Below the pieces are notes generated by a model. That model did not search any database. It had not been told where the DNA came from and saw only the letters and a list, made by a program, of their open reading frames with translations. The position numbers and the translations under genes are program-made. This document shows, in pieces, positions 16,459 to 25,692 of a stretch of DNA of 64,000 nt. The stretch's first letter is position 1; the number at the start of each line of letters is the position of its first letter. Location of the stretch: positions 11,220 to 75,219 of the forward strand of contig CAYHNU010000001.1 of NCBI GenBank assembly GCA_964358085.1, read 5' to 3'. The stretch comes from an uncultured Gammaproteobacteria bacterium (GTDB lineage: Bacteria; Patescibacteriota; Microgenomatia; CAZETR01; Amesbacteraceae).

Positions 16459-18208
16459 TTTTTTAGTAGCGGCCATACTATTTTTTATTTTGGTTCCCGG
16501 CGTATATGCTTCGGAGGAATTTATAAATATTGTCAATCCGGTGCGGACTTCTACTTATAACTCCAATCCAGCAGCCAGCCTGCGGGCCCAGTACAGCATA
16601 ATTTCCCAATACCGGTTAGCAGCAACTTGGTTATTGACCTACGATGTATTAGGCCGACCGGAAATGGTCACCGAATTTAAAAAATTCTCGCCCAATCAAG
16701 AACTCGGTATTTTCTTAGAGATTGCTCCTGGATTTGCTAAAGCTGCGGGAGTTGAGTATCACAATACCGGTTCTTGGCATTTTGCCAACGCAGTATTTTT
16801 ATCCGGTTACACACAAGAAGAAAGAATCAAGTTCATGGATACGGTATTTGCCAAGTTTAAAGAACAATTTGGTTACTACCCAGTTTCCGTCGGGTCCTGG
16901 TGGACGGATAGTTATTCCCTAAGTTACATGAGACAAAAATACGGTATTATTGCCAATCTGGGGGTTGCCGACCAGTACTCGACTGATAATTATCAGGTGT
17001 GGGGGACTTATTGGTCCACCCCCTATTATCCCAGCAAACTTCACGCCGGTATTCCGGCGGCCAGCCCGGACAATAAAATAGGAGTAGTCACTCTCCAATG
17101 GGCTCCCCGCGAGCCTCGGCGGGGGTATTACAGCAGTCTATATAGTACCCAAGATTATTTCACCACTCCAAAGCTTGATGTCAATTATTTCTCCCAGCTG
17201 ATCGATATATTTTCTCAAGTCACAGTTGGTTTAGAAAGCGATTTCACCCCCGATGTTTATGGGGGTGAATATGCCAAACAAATGCAGATTGTGACTCAAA
17301 AAAGCGCAACCAAGGTGACCATGAAAAACTTTGCCGAATGGTACACAGATAAATTTCCCGGGATATCACCAGAACAAAAGATCGAATCGGACGGTATGGT
17401 CTGGTATCAATCACCTTTTTACAGGTTGGGCATAGACAAAACAAACAGCAAAATCATTGATTTCAGAATTTATCCCGCGGATTATAGAGAGCCTTATTAT
17501 TTATGGCCAAATAGAGAAAAAGATTTGCGCATAAATATTCCCTCTTTGATTGATTCCATCCAAAACCCTTCAGAAATTTGGAATATCACAGACCTAAATA
17601 TCAAGACTATGCCAAAATATTTTGAATCCGCAAATAAACCTCCCCAAAGATTTTTCAAATCAAACTTTATTTTGGTAAAGAAATCAGGCAATACTTGGCG
17701 CGTAGAGATAAGTAACAACTTTAAAGACGGAGAGATATTTAGCGATTGGAGTCTGGAAACGAAACACTTATTCAAATCCTCTAAAAATCTCATCAAAACA
17801 ATGATTTCTTTTGACTGGAATAAATTCAAAAAAGAAAAATACTGGATTTCTCCGGAGGAACTAATAGCTTTGGAAAAATTTAGATTAATGCCAAAAGGCA
17901 AGGTATTAGTTTACGACCACGAGTGTCTGCAATGTGAATATTTCGGAAAATATCGCCCGGCAGCATTTGCCAATTCTCGGAAATACGTAAGCAGATTTTC
18001 CCAAAAAACAATAATTTATAATTACTCTGTGTTTAAAGCCAAAGATAGACCCACAGCTAAAAAGCAATTACAAAAAACTGGGGCTAAATACGTTTACTTA
18101 GTTAAGTATAATCAATATCAGGAATCGTTACCATTTTCACCGGGGGATTTGGGAGTTGAGAAGATATTCGAAAATGCCAATGTACAAATATGGATCAAAA
18201 AGATATAA
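16451..18208 (+). CDS. Secreted protein with a putative glycoside hydrolase/deacetylase-like barrel
   Basis: Signal-peptide-like MCNFLVAAILFFILVPGVYA; ATWLL-x-YD, ELGIFLE, FGYYP-x-SVGSWW-x-D; otherwise soluble. ATG 16451. Confidence 0.55.
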   Translation: MCNFLVAAILFFILVPGVYASEEFINIVNPVRTSTYNSNPAASLRAQYSIISQYRLAATWLLTYDVLGRPEMVTEFKKFSPNQELGIFLEIAPGFAKAAGVEYHNTGSWHFANAVFLSGYTQEERIKFMDTVFAKFKEQFGYYPVSVGSWWTDSYSLSYMRQKYGIIANLGVADQYSTDNYQVWGTYWSTPYYPSKLHAGIPAASPDNKIGVVTLQWAPREPRRGYYSSLYSTQDYFTTPKLDVNYFSQLIDIFSQVTVGLESDFTPDVYGGEYAKQMQIVTQKSATKVTMKNFAEWYTDKFPGISPEQKIESDGMVWYQSPFYRLGIDKTNSKIIDFRIYPADYREPYYLWPNREKDLRINIPSLIDSIQNPSEIWNITDLNIKTMPKYFESANKPPQRFFKSNFILVKKSGNTWRVEISNNFKDGEIFSDWSLETKHLFKSSKNLIKTMISFDWNKFKKEKYWISPEELIALEKFRLMPKGKVLVYDHECLQCEYFGKYRPAAFANSRKYVSRFSQKTIIYNYSVFKAKDRPTAKKQLQKTGAKYVYLVKYNQYQESLPFSPGDLGVEKIFENANVQIWIKKI

Positions 18209-19212
18209 ATTTTCCCGGAGTTAGCATCATTATTCCGGTTTTAAATAACGAACGTACTATCAAAAAGTGCTTGGAAGGTATTACGCTTCAAGATTATCCT
18301 AAAAACAAAGTCGAGGTCCTGATTCTTGATGGGGGAAGCACTGACAAAACCATAGCAATCGCAAAATCTTTTAGAAGCATAAACCTCCACATTGTAAAGG
18401 GTGGTTATCGCAACAATATGGAGGCCAGGAGATCTATAGGCTTCCGAAAAGCAAAGTACAATTTAGTATTGGTTTTGGATTCGGACAATTACTTATACAG
18501 TTCAGATAGTCTTCGAAAGTTAGTCAAGCCCATGCTCGGCGAGGATCATCTGATTGGGTCATTCACTCTTCACTACCACTATGATTCCCAATTGCCGTTT
18601 TTTACTAGATATATATCTTTATTTGGCAACCATGATCCCGTTGCCTATTATCTACACAAAGCTGATCGGCAAAAAATTACTCAAAAAACTTGGCCACACA
18701 AAAACCAAATTGTGTCTACAAAACCGGAATGGACTGTCGTCCAATTTAATAAACAAAATTTCCCAACCCTCGGCAGCAACGGGTTTCTCATAAACAAGAA
18801 ATATCTGCGCTTAAAAAATCTTAAACCGGAGAATTTTTTACATACTGATATTCTCTATGATCTTCTCGATAGGGGGTTAAATAAATATGCGGTGGTTGAT
18901 GCTCAAGTTGTTCACGATAGCAGTTCCAGCATTAAACGACATTTAGAAAAAAGGTATGAATATATGCAACTTCACCATATTTCTCTGGCTAAAATAAGGC
19001 GCTATAAAGTCTTCGATTCCAACTCGCCTCAGGATCGTTTCCATCTTACCAAATTTATTTTTTATACCATTACTATTGTCAAGCCTCTCCATGAATCAAT
19101 CGAGGGATTCTTCAAAAAACCCGACCTCGCCTGGTTTATTCACCCCTTTTTGTGCTGGGCATTTTTAATCACTTATTCATTTGCAGTAGTCAATCCTCAC
19201 AAAAAAAGATGA
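18190..19212 (+). CDS. GT2 glycosyltransferase
   Basis: SIIIP-x-LN, DGGSTD, DSDN; C-terminal hydrophobic segment. Confidence 0.85.
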   Translation: MDQKDINFPGVSIIIPVLNNERTIKKCLEGITLQDYPKNKVEVLILDGGSTDKTIAIAKSFRSINLHIVKGGYRNNMEARRSIGFRKAKYNLVLVLDSDNYLYSSDSLRKLVKPMLGEDHLIGSFTLHYHYDSQLPFFTRYISLFGNHDPVAYYLHKADRQKITQKTWPHKNQIVSTKPEWTVVQFNKQNFPTLGSNGFLINKKYLRLKNLKPENFLHTDILYDLLDRGLNKYAVVDAQVVHDSSSSIKRHLEKRYEYMQLHHISLAKIRRYKVFDSNSPQDRFHLTKFIFYTITIVKPLHESIEGFFKKPDLAWFIHPFLCWAFLITYSFAVVNPHKKR

Positions 19213-20324
19213 ACATATTAATTCTGAATTGGAAGGACCTTAAGCATCCACAAGTAGGGGGAGCTGAAATCATAGTTTACGAATTGGCAAAGAGGCTGGT
19301 ATCGATGGGACATGAAGTAACATGGTTTTGTAGAATCTTCAAGTATGGAAAGCCAGAAGAAATCATCAACGGAATTAAAGTTGTAAGAAGAGGTAATTTA
19401 ATAACCATGTATCTTCACGCGCCGGTATACTATTGGAAACTTCAGAAAAAACCAGACGTGGTAGTAGACATATCTAATACCATATATTGGCAAACCCCTT
19501 TATGGGCTTGGAAATCCGAAAAAATTGCTTATCTTAATCAATTGGCACAAGAAGTTTTTTATTACGAGTATCCAATCTTGATATCTCGATTTGGTAAGTT
19601 AATAGAAAAACTTCAGTATTTAGTATATTTAAATACAAAGTTTGTTTGTTACGCCCAGAGTACAAAAACAGACTTGATATCAATGGGAATAAACAATTCC
19701 AAAATAAGCGTATTCTCATTGGGAGTTGATCACGATAGATACTTTCCCGGTAAAAAGTCAAAAACTCCATTATTTATATGCGTTAACCGACTGGTGAAGA
19801 TGAAAAGAACCGATTTGGCTATCAGAGCTATGGGTGAAGTTTGTAAAAACTTTCCCAAAGCCAGATTAGTAATCGTAGGATATGGTTACGATAGAATAAG
19901 GCTTGAGAAATTAAGAGACAGTTTAGGTCTGGAAGACTCAGTGAGATTTGCGGATGAAAACATTTTGTTTTTCACCAAAAACTCAAACGACAAAAAAGTT
20001 TCACTTATGCAACAAGCTTGGGCATTAGTTTTTCCTTCAGTCAAAGAGGGATGGGGGATGACAGTTACTGAAAGTGCTGCCTGTGGGACTCCGTCTATTG
20101 TAACCGACGTGACAGGCCTTAGAAATTCTGTACTTAAAAATGAAACAGGTTTGGTGGTATCCGCCAATCCAACAGTGGAAGAACTTTCGGAAGCTATGGA
20201 AAATATACTCTCTGATTCTAACTTAAGAAACCGGCTATCGAAAAACGCACTAAAATACGCACAGAAATTTACTTGGGACAAAAGTTGTCAGCAATTCCAA
20301 AAAATCATCACCCACACATCATGA
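19209..20324 (+). CDS. GT4 glycosyltransferase
   Basis: NWKDLKHPQVGGAE, EGWGMTVTESAACGTP; ATGA overlap at 19209. Confidence 0.9.
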   Translation: MNILILNWKDLKHPQVGGAEIIVYELAKRLVSMGHEVTWFCRIFKYGKPEEIINGIKVVRRGNLITMYLHAPVYYWKLQKKPDVVVDISNTIYWQTPLWAWKSEKIAYLNQLAQEVFYYEYPILISRFGKLIEKLQYLVYLNTKFVCYAQSTKTDLISMGINNSKISVFSLGVDHDRYFPGKKSKTPLFICVNRLVKMKRTDLAIRAMGEVCKNFPKARLVIVGYGYDRIRLEKLRDSLGLEDSVRFADENILFFTKNSNDKKVSLMQQAWALVFPSVKEGWGMTVTESAACGTPSIVTDVTGLRNSVLKNETGLVVSANPTVEELSEAMENILSDSNLRNRLSKNALKYAQKFTWDKSCQQFQKIITHTS

Positions 20325-21451
20325 ATATCTTAATGCTTTCCTGGAGAGGACCAGGTCATCCCAACTCCGGTGGTGCAGAAATAAACACGCTTGAAAATGT
20401 CACTGCATGGACCAATGCCGGACACAGCGTTACCTGGTTCACCTCGACCTTTCCGGGGGCAATCCCTTTCGAAGTTGTTAATAAAGTGAAAATTGTTAGA
20501 CGCGGATCCCAAAATTTTAAAGTTAATTTAGCAGCATTTACTTGGTACCTCTCTGGATCCCATGAGAAATTTGACATCGTCGTTGATCAATTCCATGGAT
20601 TACCCTTCTTTACTCCTCTGTACGTTAAGGTTCCTAAACTTGCATTTATTCATGAAGTAGCCCGTGAGGTTTGGTGGTTAAACCCCTGGCCTAAACCGTT
20701 TAACCTCATTCCAGCTATAGTCGGCAGCTTTCTTGAGCCGTGGATATTTCGCATTCTTTACAAAAAGATTCCTTTTATGACAGTATCTAATTCAACCAAA
20801 GAAGATTTAATTAAATACGGAATTCCTGAAAAAAACATATCGGTATTTCTTAGCGGAGTTAATCTTTCTATTCCGTCTCCTTTACCAACCAAAAACAAGG
20901 TTCCAACGATTGTATTTTTAGGAGCATTATCTAAAGACAAGGGAATTGAAGACGCGTTACTCACCTTTTCTTTTATTAGTAAACTCCGTCCATCTTGGAA
21001 ATTCTGGGTGATAGGTAAGGGGGAAACTAACTATCAACTCTATTTAGACACTCTTTGTCAGAAACTGCAGGTAGACAAAAAGGTCAAGTTTTTGGGCCCG
21101 GTATATTCATTGAAGAAATTTAAGCTACTGTCACGGTCGCACATTTTGATTAATCCTTCGATCCGTGAGGGCTGGGGCCTGGTCAATATTGAAGCCAACG
21201 CCGTAGGAACTCCGGTAGTAGGATACTATGTTCCGGGTACTAAGGATTCAGTTCGTCATCAAGTTACCGGTCTCCTCTGTCCTCCACATCATCCGGAATT
21301 GCTGGCCAGAAATGCGATTCGGTTGATTGAAGACAAAAAATTATATAAACGACTTGTCTCCAATTCTCTGCGCTGGAGTAAACAATTTTCTTGGGACAAG
21401 TTTACTAAACAAAGCTTAACTCTTATTGAAAACCTAGCGGGCAAGAAATGA
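20321..21451 (+). CDS. GT4 glycosyltransferase
   Basis: SWRGPGHPNSGGAE, EGWGLVNIEANAVGTP; ATG 20321. Confidence 0.9.
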   Translation: MNILMLSWRGPGHPNSGGAEINTLENVTAWTNAGHSVTWFTSTFPGAIPFEVVNKVKIVRRGSQNFKVNLAAFTWYLSGSHEKFDIVVDQFHGLPFFTPLYVKVPKLAFIHEVAREVWWLNPWPKPFNLIPAIVGSFLEPWIFRILYKKIPFMTVSNSTKEDLIKYGIPEKNISVFLSGVNLSIPSPLPTKNKVPTIVFLGALSKDKGIEDALLTFSFISKLRPSWKFWVIGKGETNYQLYLDTLCQKLQVDKKVKFLGPVYSLKKFKLLSRSHILINPSIREGWGLVNIEANAVGTPVVGYYVPGTKDSVRHQVTGLLCPPHHPELLARNAIRLIEDKKLYKRLVSNSLRWSKQFSWDKFTKQSLTLIENLAGKK

Positions 21452-22578
21452 ACATTCTTATGCTTTCCTGGCGCGGTCCCGGCCACCCCAACTATGGCGG
21501 AGCCGAGATCGTTTCACATGAACATGCCAAAGCCTGGGTAGCTGCTGGTCACCAAGTAACCTTATTCACCTCCTATTTTCCTGGCGTTCCTCAAGAAGAG
21601 TTTGTTGACGGGGTGAAAATAATTCGCAGTGGAAACCAACTAATTACGATTCAACTTGCGGCTATGTATTGGTATTTGTTTGGCCGCCATTCCAAATATG
21701 ATTTGGTTATTGATCAATTTCATGGTATCCCTTTTTTTACTCCGCTTTTTGTCAGAACCAAAAAATTGGCATTTATCCATGAAGTGGCTAAAGAAGTTTG
21801 GTGGATAAATCATTTACGCTTCCCCATTAATTACATATTTGGCACAGCCGGGTTTATTTCCGAACCCTTAATTTTTCGATTTTTTTATCGTCACATCCCT
21901 TTTTTTACCGTATCCCAGTCCACAAAACAAGATTTGATCAAGTGGTCCATCCCTGCTTCAAATATTCATATAATACCTAACGGAGTCACCACTTTACCTG
22001 CTAAATTTGCCAAAGAAAAAATCCCAACCGTGATTTTTTTAGGCGCTATCGCTCAAGATAAGGGAATTGAAGATACACTGTTTGCCTTTTCACACATTGT
22101 CAAACTACATCCCCAGTGGCGTTTATGGGTTGTTGGTAAGAGTGAACCGACCTATCAGGCTAAGCTGGATGAACTCGGCCTTCACTTAGGAATTAATTCT
22201 CGGCTCAAATTCTGGGGCTTTGCGAATGAGCCAAAAAAATTCGAACTTTTATCCCGGGCCAATGTGATGCTTAACCCATCAGCCAGAGAAGGCTGGGGAT
22301 TAGTGAATATTGAAGCTAATTCCGTCGGCACACCCGTTGTCGCCTACGATGTTCCCGGTTGTCGTGACTCTATCCAAGACCAGATCACCGGATTTCTTTG
22401 TCCCAAAGGCGATATTTCCTGTCTTGCTAAAACCTGCGTCCGCCTTGTGAGTGATAATAAGTTGTATGAAAAAATGTCAGCTCAAGCAATAAAATGGTCT
22501 CAGCAATTTTCCTGGACCAAATCAACTTCTATTAGCCTCAAGCTTATTGAGACTTTACACACAACAAATCCGCGTTGA
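21448..22578 (+). CDS. GT4 glycosyltransferase (close paralogue of the previous gene)
   Basis: SWRGPGHPNYGGAE, DQFHG-x-PFFTP, EGWGLVNIEANSVGTP. Confidence 0.9.
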   Translation: MNILMLSWRGPGHPNYGGAEIVSHEHAKAWVAAGHQVTLFTSYFPGVPQEEFVDGVKIIRSGNQLITIQLAAMYWYLFGRHSKYDLVIDQFHGIPFFTPLFVRTKKLAFIHEVAKEVWWINHLRFPINYIFGTAGFISEPLIFRFFYRHIPFFTVSQSTKQDLIKWSIPASNIHIIPNGVTTLPAKFAKEKIPTVIFLGAIAQDKGIEDTLFAFSHIVKLHPQWRLWVVGKSEPTYQAKLDELGLHLGINSRLKFWGFANEPKKFELLSRANVMLNPSAREGWGLVNIEANSVGTPVVAYDVPGCRDSIQDQITGFLCPKGDISCLAKTCVRLVSDNKLYEKMSAQAIKWSQQFSWTKSTSISLKLIETLHTTNPR

Positions 22579-23395
22579 AGAGTGAATCCTGGGGGTAATC
22601 TATCAATATTTTTTGAATTGAAAGGGTAGACACTTTTTTGGTAATGTTATTGATTTCGAAAATTTTGAATTTACTCTTCTTAAGAAGATTTAGATACTCC
22701 CGACCAGAACTTCCACACAGGCGCAACCCTCTTGGCCAGAACTCGGTTAAAAGCTTCAGTTTTTTACTTTTCCTTATTATTTCTGATGCACCAGTTAAAG
22801 TTTTTGTCTCCGAGCCTTGAATGTCCATCTTAATGACATTAATTCTTTTCTCTTTATTTTTTAAAAAAGTGTCCAATTTGATTGTACCTATAGAAATAGA
22901 TACCCGATTGCCTTCTGGGTCATAAATACGTTGATCGCCGAAATTGTCTTCATTACTCAAAAAAAGTTTGGCAGTACCATCTCTATCCGACACGGCTTTG
23001 TTAATTAGTACTACGTTTTTATATCCATTTAACTCCACGTTTTTTTTAAGTAATTCGAAATTTTTGGGAAGTGGTTCAAACGCATATACCCTTCCTTTAT
23101 CCCCCACTTTTTTCGCGGCAATTAATGTGTAATACCCAATGTGTGCTCCTATATCAACGACAATGTCTCCCAAATTAATACTTTGTTTAAAAAGTTCCGT
23201 TTCAAATTCTTCCCATTTTCCACTCAACAATAACTCCAGTGAAATAACTCGGTCATCTTTATCAATATACATCCGGTGGCCATCGACTATTACTGATTCT
23301 GGTTTAAAAAAATTTATAATTCTGGAGGCGATGTTCTTAGTATGAGGATTTTCATAGATGGGGTGTACGATTTTCCATAAAATTCCTCTAAACAT
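22544..23395 (-). CDS. FkbM-family methyltransferase
   Basis: DIGAHIGYYT, AFEP, KMDIQGSE, EFWP. ATG 23395 lies 7 nt after TATAAT. Confidence 0.9.
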   Translation of the reverse strand: MFRGILWKIVHPIYENPHTKNIASRIINFFKPESVIVDGHRMYIDKDDRVISLELLLSGKWEEFETELFKQSINLGDIVVDIGAHIGYYTLIAAKKVGDKGRVYAFEPLPKNFELLKKNVELNGYKNVVLINKAVSDRDGTAKLFLSNEDNFGDQRIYDPEGNRVSISIGTIKLDTFLKNKEKRINVIKMDIQGSETKTLTGASEIIRKSKKLKLLTEFWPRGLRLCGSSGREYLNLLKKSKFKIFEINNITKKVSTLSIQKILIDYPQDSLFNADLLCVKSQ

Positions 23396-23402
23396 AAGTA
23401 CC

Positions 23403-23441
23403 ATTATACAGCCAAAATACTTTGTTGTTTGGTGTTAGAAT
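23403..23441. promoter_or_regulatory. Divergent -10 elements
   Basis: - strand TATAAT (23408-23403)-N7-ATG 23395; + strand extended TG-t-TAGAAT (23433-23441)-N12-ATG 23454. Confidence 0.6.
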
Positions 23442-23453
23442 AAGAAGTTATAC

Positions 23454-24431
23454 ATGGCAGTAGAAGCTCGAATTAATACAGTCTCTAATGGGGACACGGA
23501 GATTCTCGTCCCCCTGCACGGAGGTACCTATCAAGTGGTTTGGGAACGTTCTTGGGGGAGTGGTGTTTTTAATCCTTCCCCAAATCAATTTTCAGACTTT
23601 GCCCGAGGCATTAATTATGTAAAAGGGGGCGAGCACAAACTTCTTTTTGGTGTCACTCTTAACGGTGCCTGCCCGGCCGATTGTCTGGATTGCCCCTTCG
23701 GGCGCACAATTATGGCAAAACTTTATACCAGTCTAACTGACAAACAACTCACCCTAGCTCGTCCAATCAGCTCTTCAGAATTACAATCTGCTCTCGAGCG
23801 TGCAAAAGAAATAGCCATAAAGAATGGTATTCTAAGCCAAAACGAAGTGTTTGCAGCAGGAGCCCTTCTGGCGGGAGATCCTGGTTATAGCCCTCACATT
23901 CCCGACCTCATAGCCACGGTTAGCGGTTTTACTGGTTGTGAAGCCTGCCGTTGGTCTACGGTTGCGCCCGATACTGAAAACAATGTCTTGGGGGCTTTTA
24001 TAGAGGGAGCAACTCGAGCCAAGGAAGCCAACCCGACCCACACGCTCAGTTTTCAAGTCTCCCTTCATAGTACCGACCATCAGGAACGTATCAACCACAC
24101 GGGTGTTTCTCGTCTTCTGTCGATGCAAGAAATCTCAATGACATCTCAAAGAATCAGAAAAATTACTGGTAGAAAATTATCTCTTTCCTTTGTATTGCAT
24201 GAAGGATCTGTATTAGATCCACAAGTATTAAATGATAATTTCTCTCCTGACAACAACCTTATCTCTCTACGACCTATCTATTCTCGCATTACCAATCCCA
24301 TAAATCCGGACAGGTTGATAGAACTTTATTCAAAATTAAGAAGCGACAATTGGGATGTGGTTTATATGCCCCCAAGTCAAAGCTATACAGAAGGTGGGCG
24401 GCCAATTGAATTACACAACATGAGAAGCTAG
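23454..24431 (+). CDS. Atypical radical SAM protein, RlmN/Cfr-like fold
   Basis: CxxxCxxC (CPADCLDC); AGDP, STV and QVSLHS in the order of RlmN MGEP, STxG and xSLH; no C-terminal AACGQL motif. Confidence 0.65.
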   Translation: MAVEARINTVSNGDTEILVPLHGGTYQVVWERSWGSGVFNPSPNQFSDFARGINYVKGGEHKLLFGVTLNGACPADCLDCPFGRTIMAKLYTSLTDKQLTLARPISSSELQSALERAKEIAIKNGILSQNEVFAAGALLAGDPGYSPHIPDLIATVSGFTGCEACRWSTVAPDTENNVLGAFIEGATRAKEANPTHTLSFQVSLHSTDHQERINHTGVSRLLSMQEISMTSQRIRKITGRKLSLSFVLHEGSVLDPQVLNDNFSPDNNLISLRPIYSRITNPINPDRLIELYSKLRSDNWDVVYMPPSQSYTEGGRPIELHNMRS

Positions 24432-25213
24432 GCGGGTGGATTGTAATAGCCCATTGCTGCCTTAATGGCCATTAAGAGGACATCAATTTTTTTTCTAAAT
24501 CCCACAATCTTAGTAGGGGTTTTGCCCTGCGGAGGGTAACATCGCACAACTGGAATCTCGACACTTCGTAGTCCCAATCGGTTGGCGCGAGCGGTCACAT
24601 AAAACAAAATTTCGTAATTGCTAAAAACATTTCTAAATAATTTCAACCTTGAATTAAGAAGTAATTTTCGGCTATGGGCCCGAAAACCATTACTTGTGTC
24701 CGTGTATATCTTACCAGCCGCTAAATTGAGAATTGGAGTGAACAAGTATCTGTTTGCAAATTTCCTTTCTAGCGGGGTATTGACCGCCCGGCCACCTTTT
24801 GCGTATCTGGATCCTTGAATATAATCAAAACCCTCATCTAGTTTTTTTATAAAACTCGAAATTGCTTCTACCCCATCTTTACCATTTCCATCCATCTGCA
24901 CTACCCCTCGATAACCATTTTTAAGCGCAAAGGTATAAGCCATCCGGTACTGCGCCCCCAATTTGCCCGGACCGGTTTTTACAAGCAAAGCTGTCACTCC
25001 TTGATTTTTCAAAAATTTCGGATCAGTCGAACCGTCAGTGCTACCTCCGTCGGCAATAATAATGTCCACCAACTTCGCATACTTCTTTACTTTTTGTAGT
25101 TGTTTCTTAAACTTATCTCCTTCATTAATAACAGGGATGACCAGACAATATTTGGTCTTTCTTTTCTTAAACTCGATCTTTTTAAAACTCGGCACCTCCC
25201 AATCCTTTTTCAC
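24428..25213 (-). CDS. GT2 polyprenol-phosphate glycosyltransferase (GtrB/DPM-like)
   Basis: IPVINEG, DGGSTDGS, MDGNGKD, QGSRY, TD-x-x-NGFRA. GTG 25213 (or 25216). Confidence 0.85.
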   Translation of the reverse strand: MKKDWEVPSFKKIEFKKRKTKYCLVIPVINEGDKFKKQLQKVKKYAKLVDIIIADGGSTDGSTDPKFLKNQGVTALLVKTGPGKLGAQYRMAYTFALKNGYRGVVQMDGNGKDGVEAISSFIKKLDEGFDYIQGSRYAKGGRAVNTPLERKFANRYLFTPILNLAAGKIYTDTSNGFRAHSRKLLLNSRLKLFRNVFSNYEILFYVTARANRLGLRSVEIPVVRCYPPQGKTPTKIVGFRKKIDVLLMAIKAAMGYYNPPA

Positions 25214-25217
25214 CACT

Positions 25218-25254
25218 CAATTATACAGAAGAACTTACAACATCTGTATAATTG
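25218..25254. promoter_or_regulatory. Palindromic bidirectional promoter
   Basis: Perfect 12-bp IR CAATTATACAGA-N13-TCTGTATAATTG; each arm holds a TATAAT exactly 6 nt before a GTG start (25213 -, 25259 +). Confidence 0.75.
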
Positions 25255-25258
25255 TCTT

Positions 25259-25648
25259 GTGGTACAAACTTTTATACAATTCGTGCGGTTTATGTTTGTG
25301 GGCGGATTGGCAGTAGGGGTTGATTTTGTGGTTTATTTTGGGTTGTTATTTTTACTACCAGTTATTCCTATTTCTTTGGCCAAAGCTATATCTTACATCT
25401 GTGGAGCAACTGTTTCATTTATTGGCCACCGGTATTTTGTATTTGAAGCCCACGACCGCCACCCGCAGCATCAAATCCTGCCCTTCAGTGTTCTCTACAG
25501 CAGTTCTTTAGTAGCCAATAACTTAACCAACCTAGTTATTTTAAATCTGACGGGAGTAAAAATCTTGGCCTGGTTTGTGGCCATCTGCTTATCAACTACA
25601 ATAAATTATCTGGGCATGAAATTTGGGGTGTTCAGGAAAATTAATTAA
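25259..25648 (+). CDS. gtrA: GtrA-family lipid-linked sugar translocase
   Basis: About 129 aa, four TM helices; QFVRF-x-x-VGG-x-x-x-x-VD, HRYFVF, NY-x-x-x-K-x-x-VF. GTG 25259. Confidence 0.85.
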   Translation: MVQTFIQFVRFMFVGGLAVGVDFVVYFGLLFLLPVIPISLAKAISYICGATVSFIGHRYFVFEAHDRHPQHQILPFSVLYSSSLVANNLTNLVILNLTGVKILAWFVAICLSTTINYLGMKFGVFRKIN

Positions 25649-25692
25649 ATCATACCTCTTTACACTTTATAAAAATATGATATATATGACGT

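Noticed and set aside
23454-24431. Calling the radical SAM gene cfr or rlmN
   Set aside because: It lacks the two catalytic cysteines and the N-terminal domain; only fold-level resemblance is supportable.
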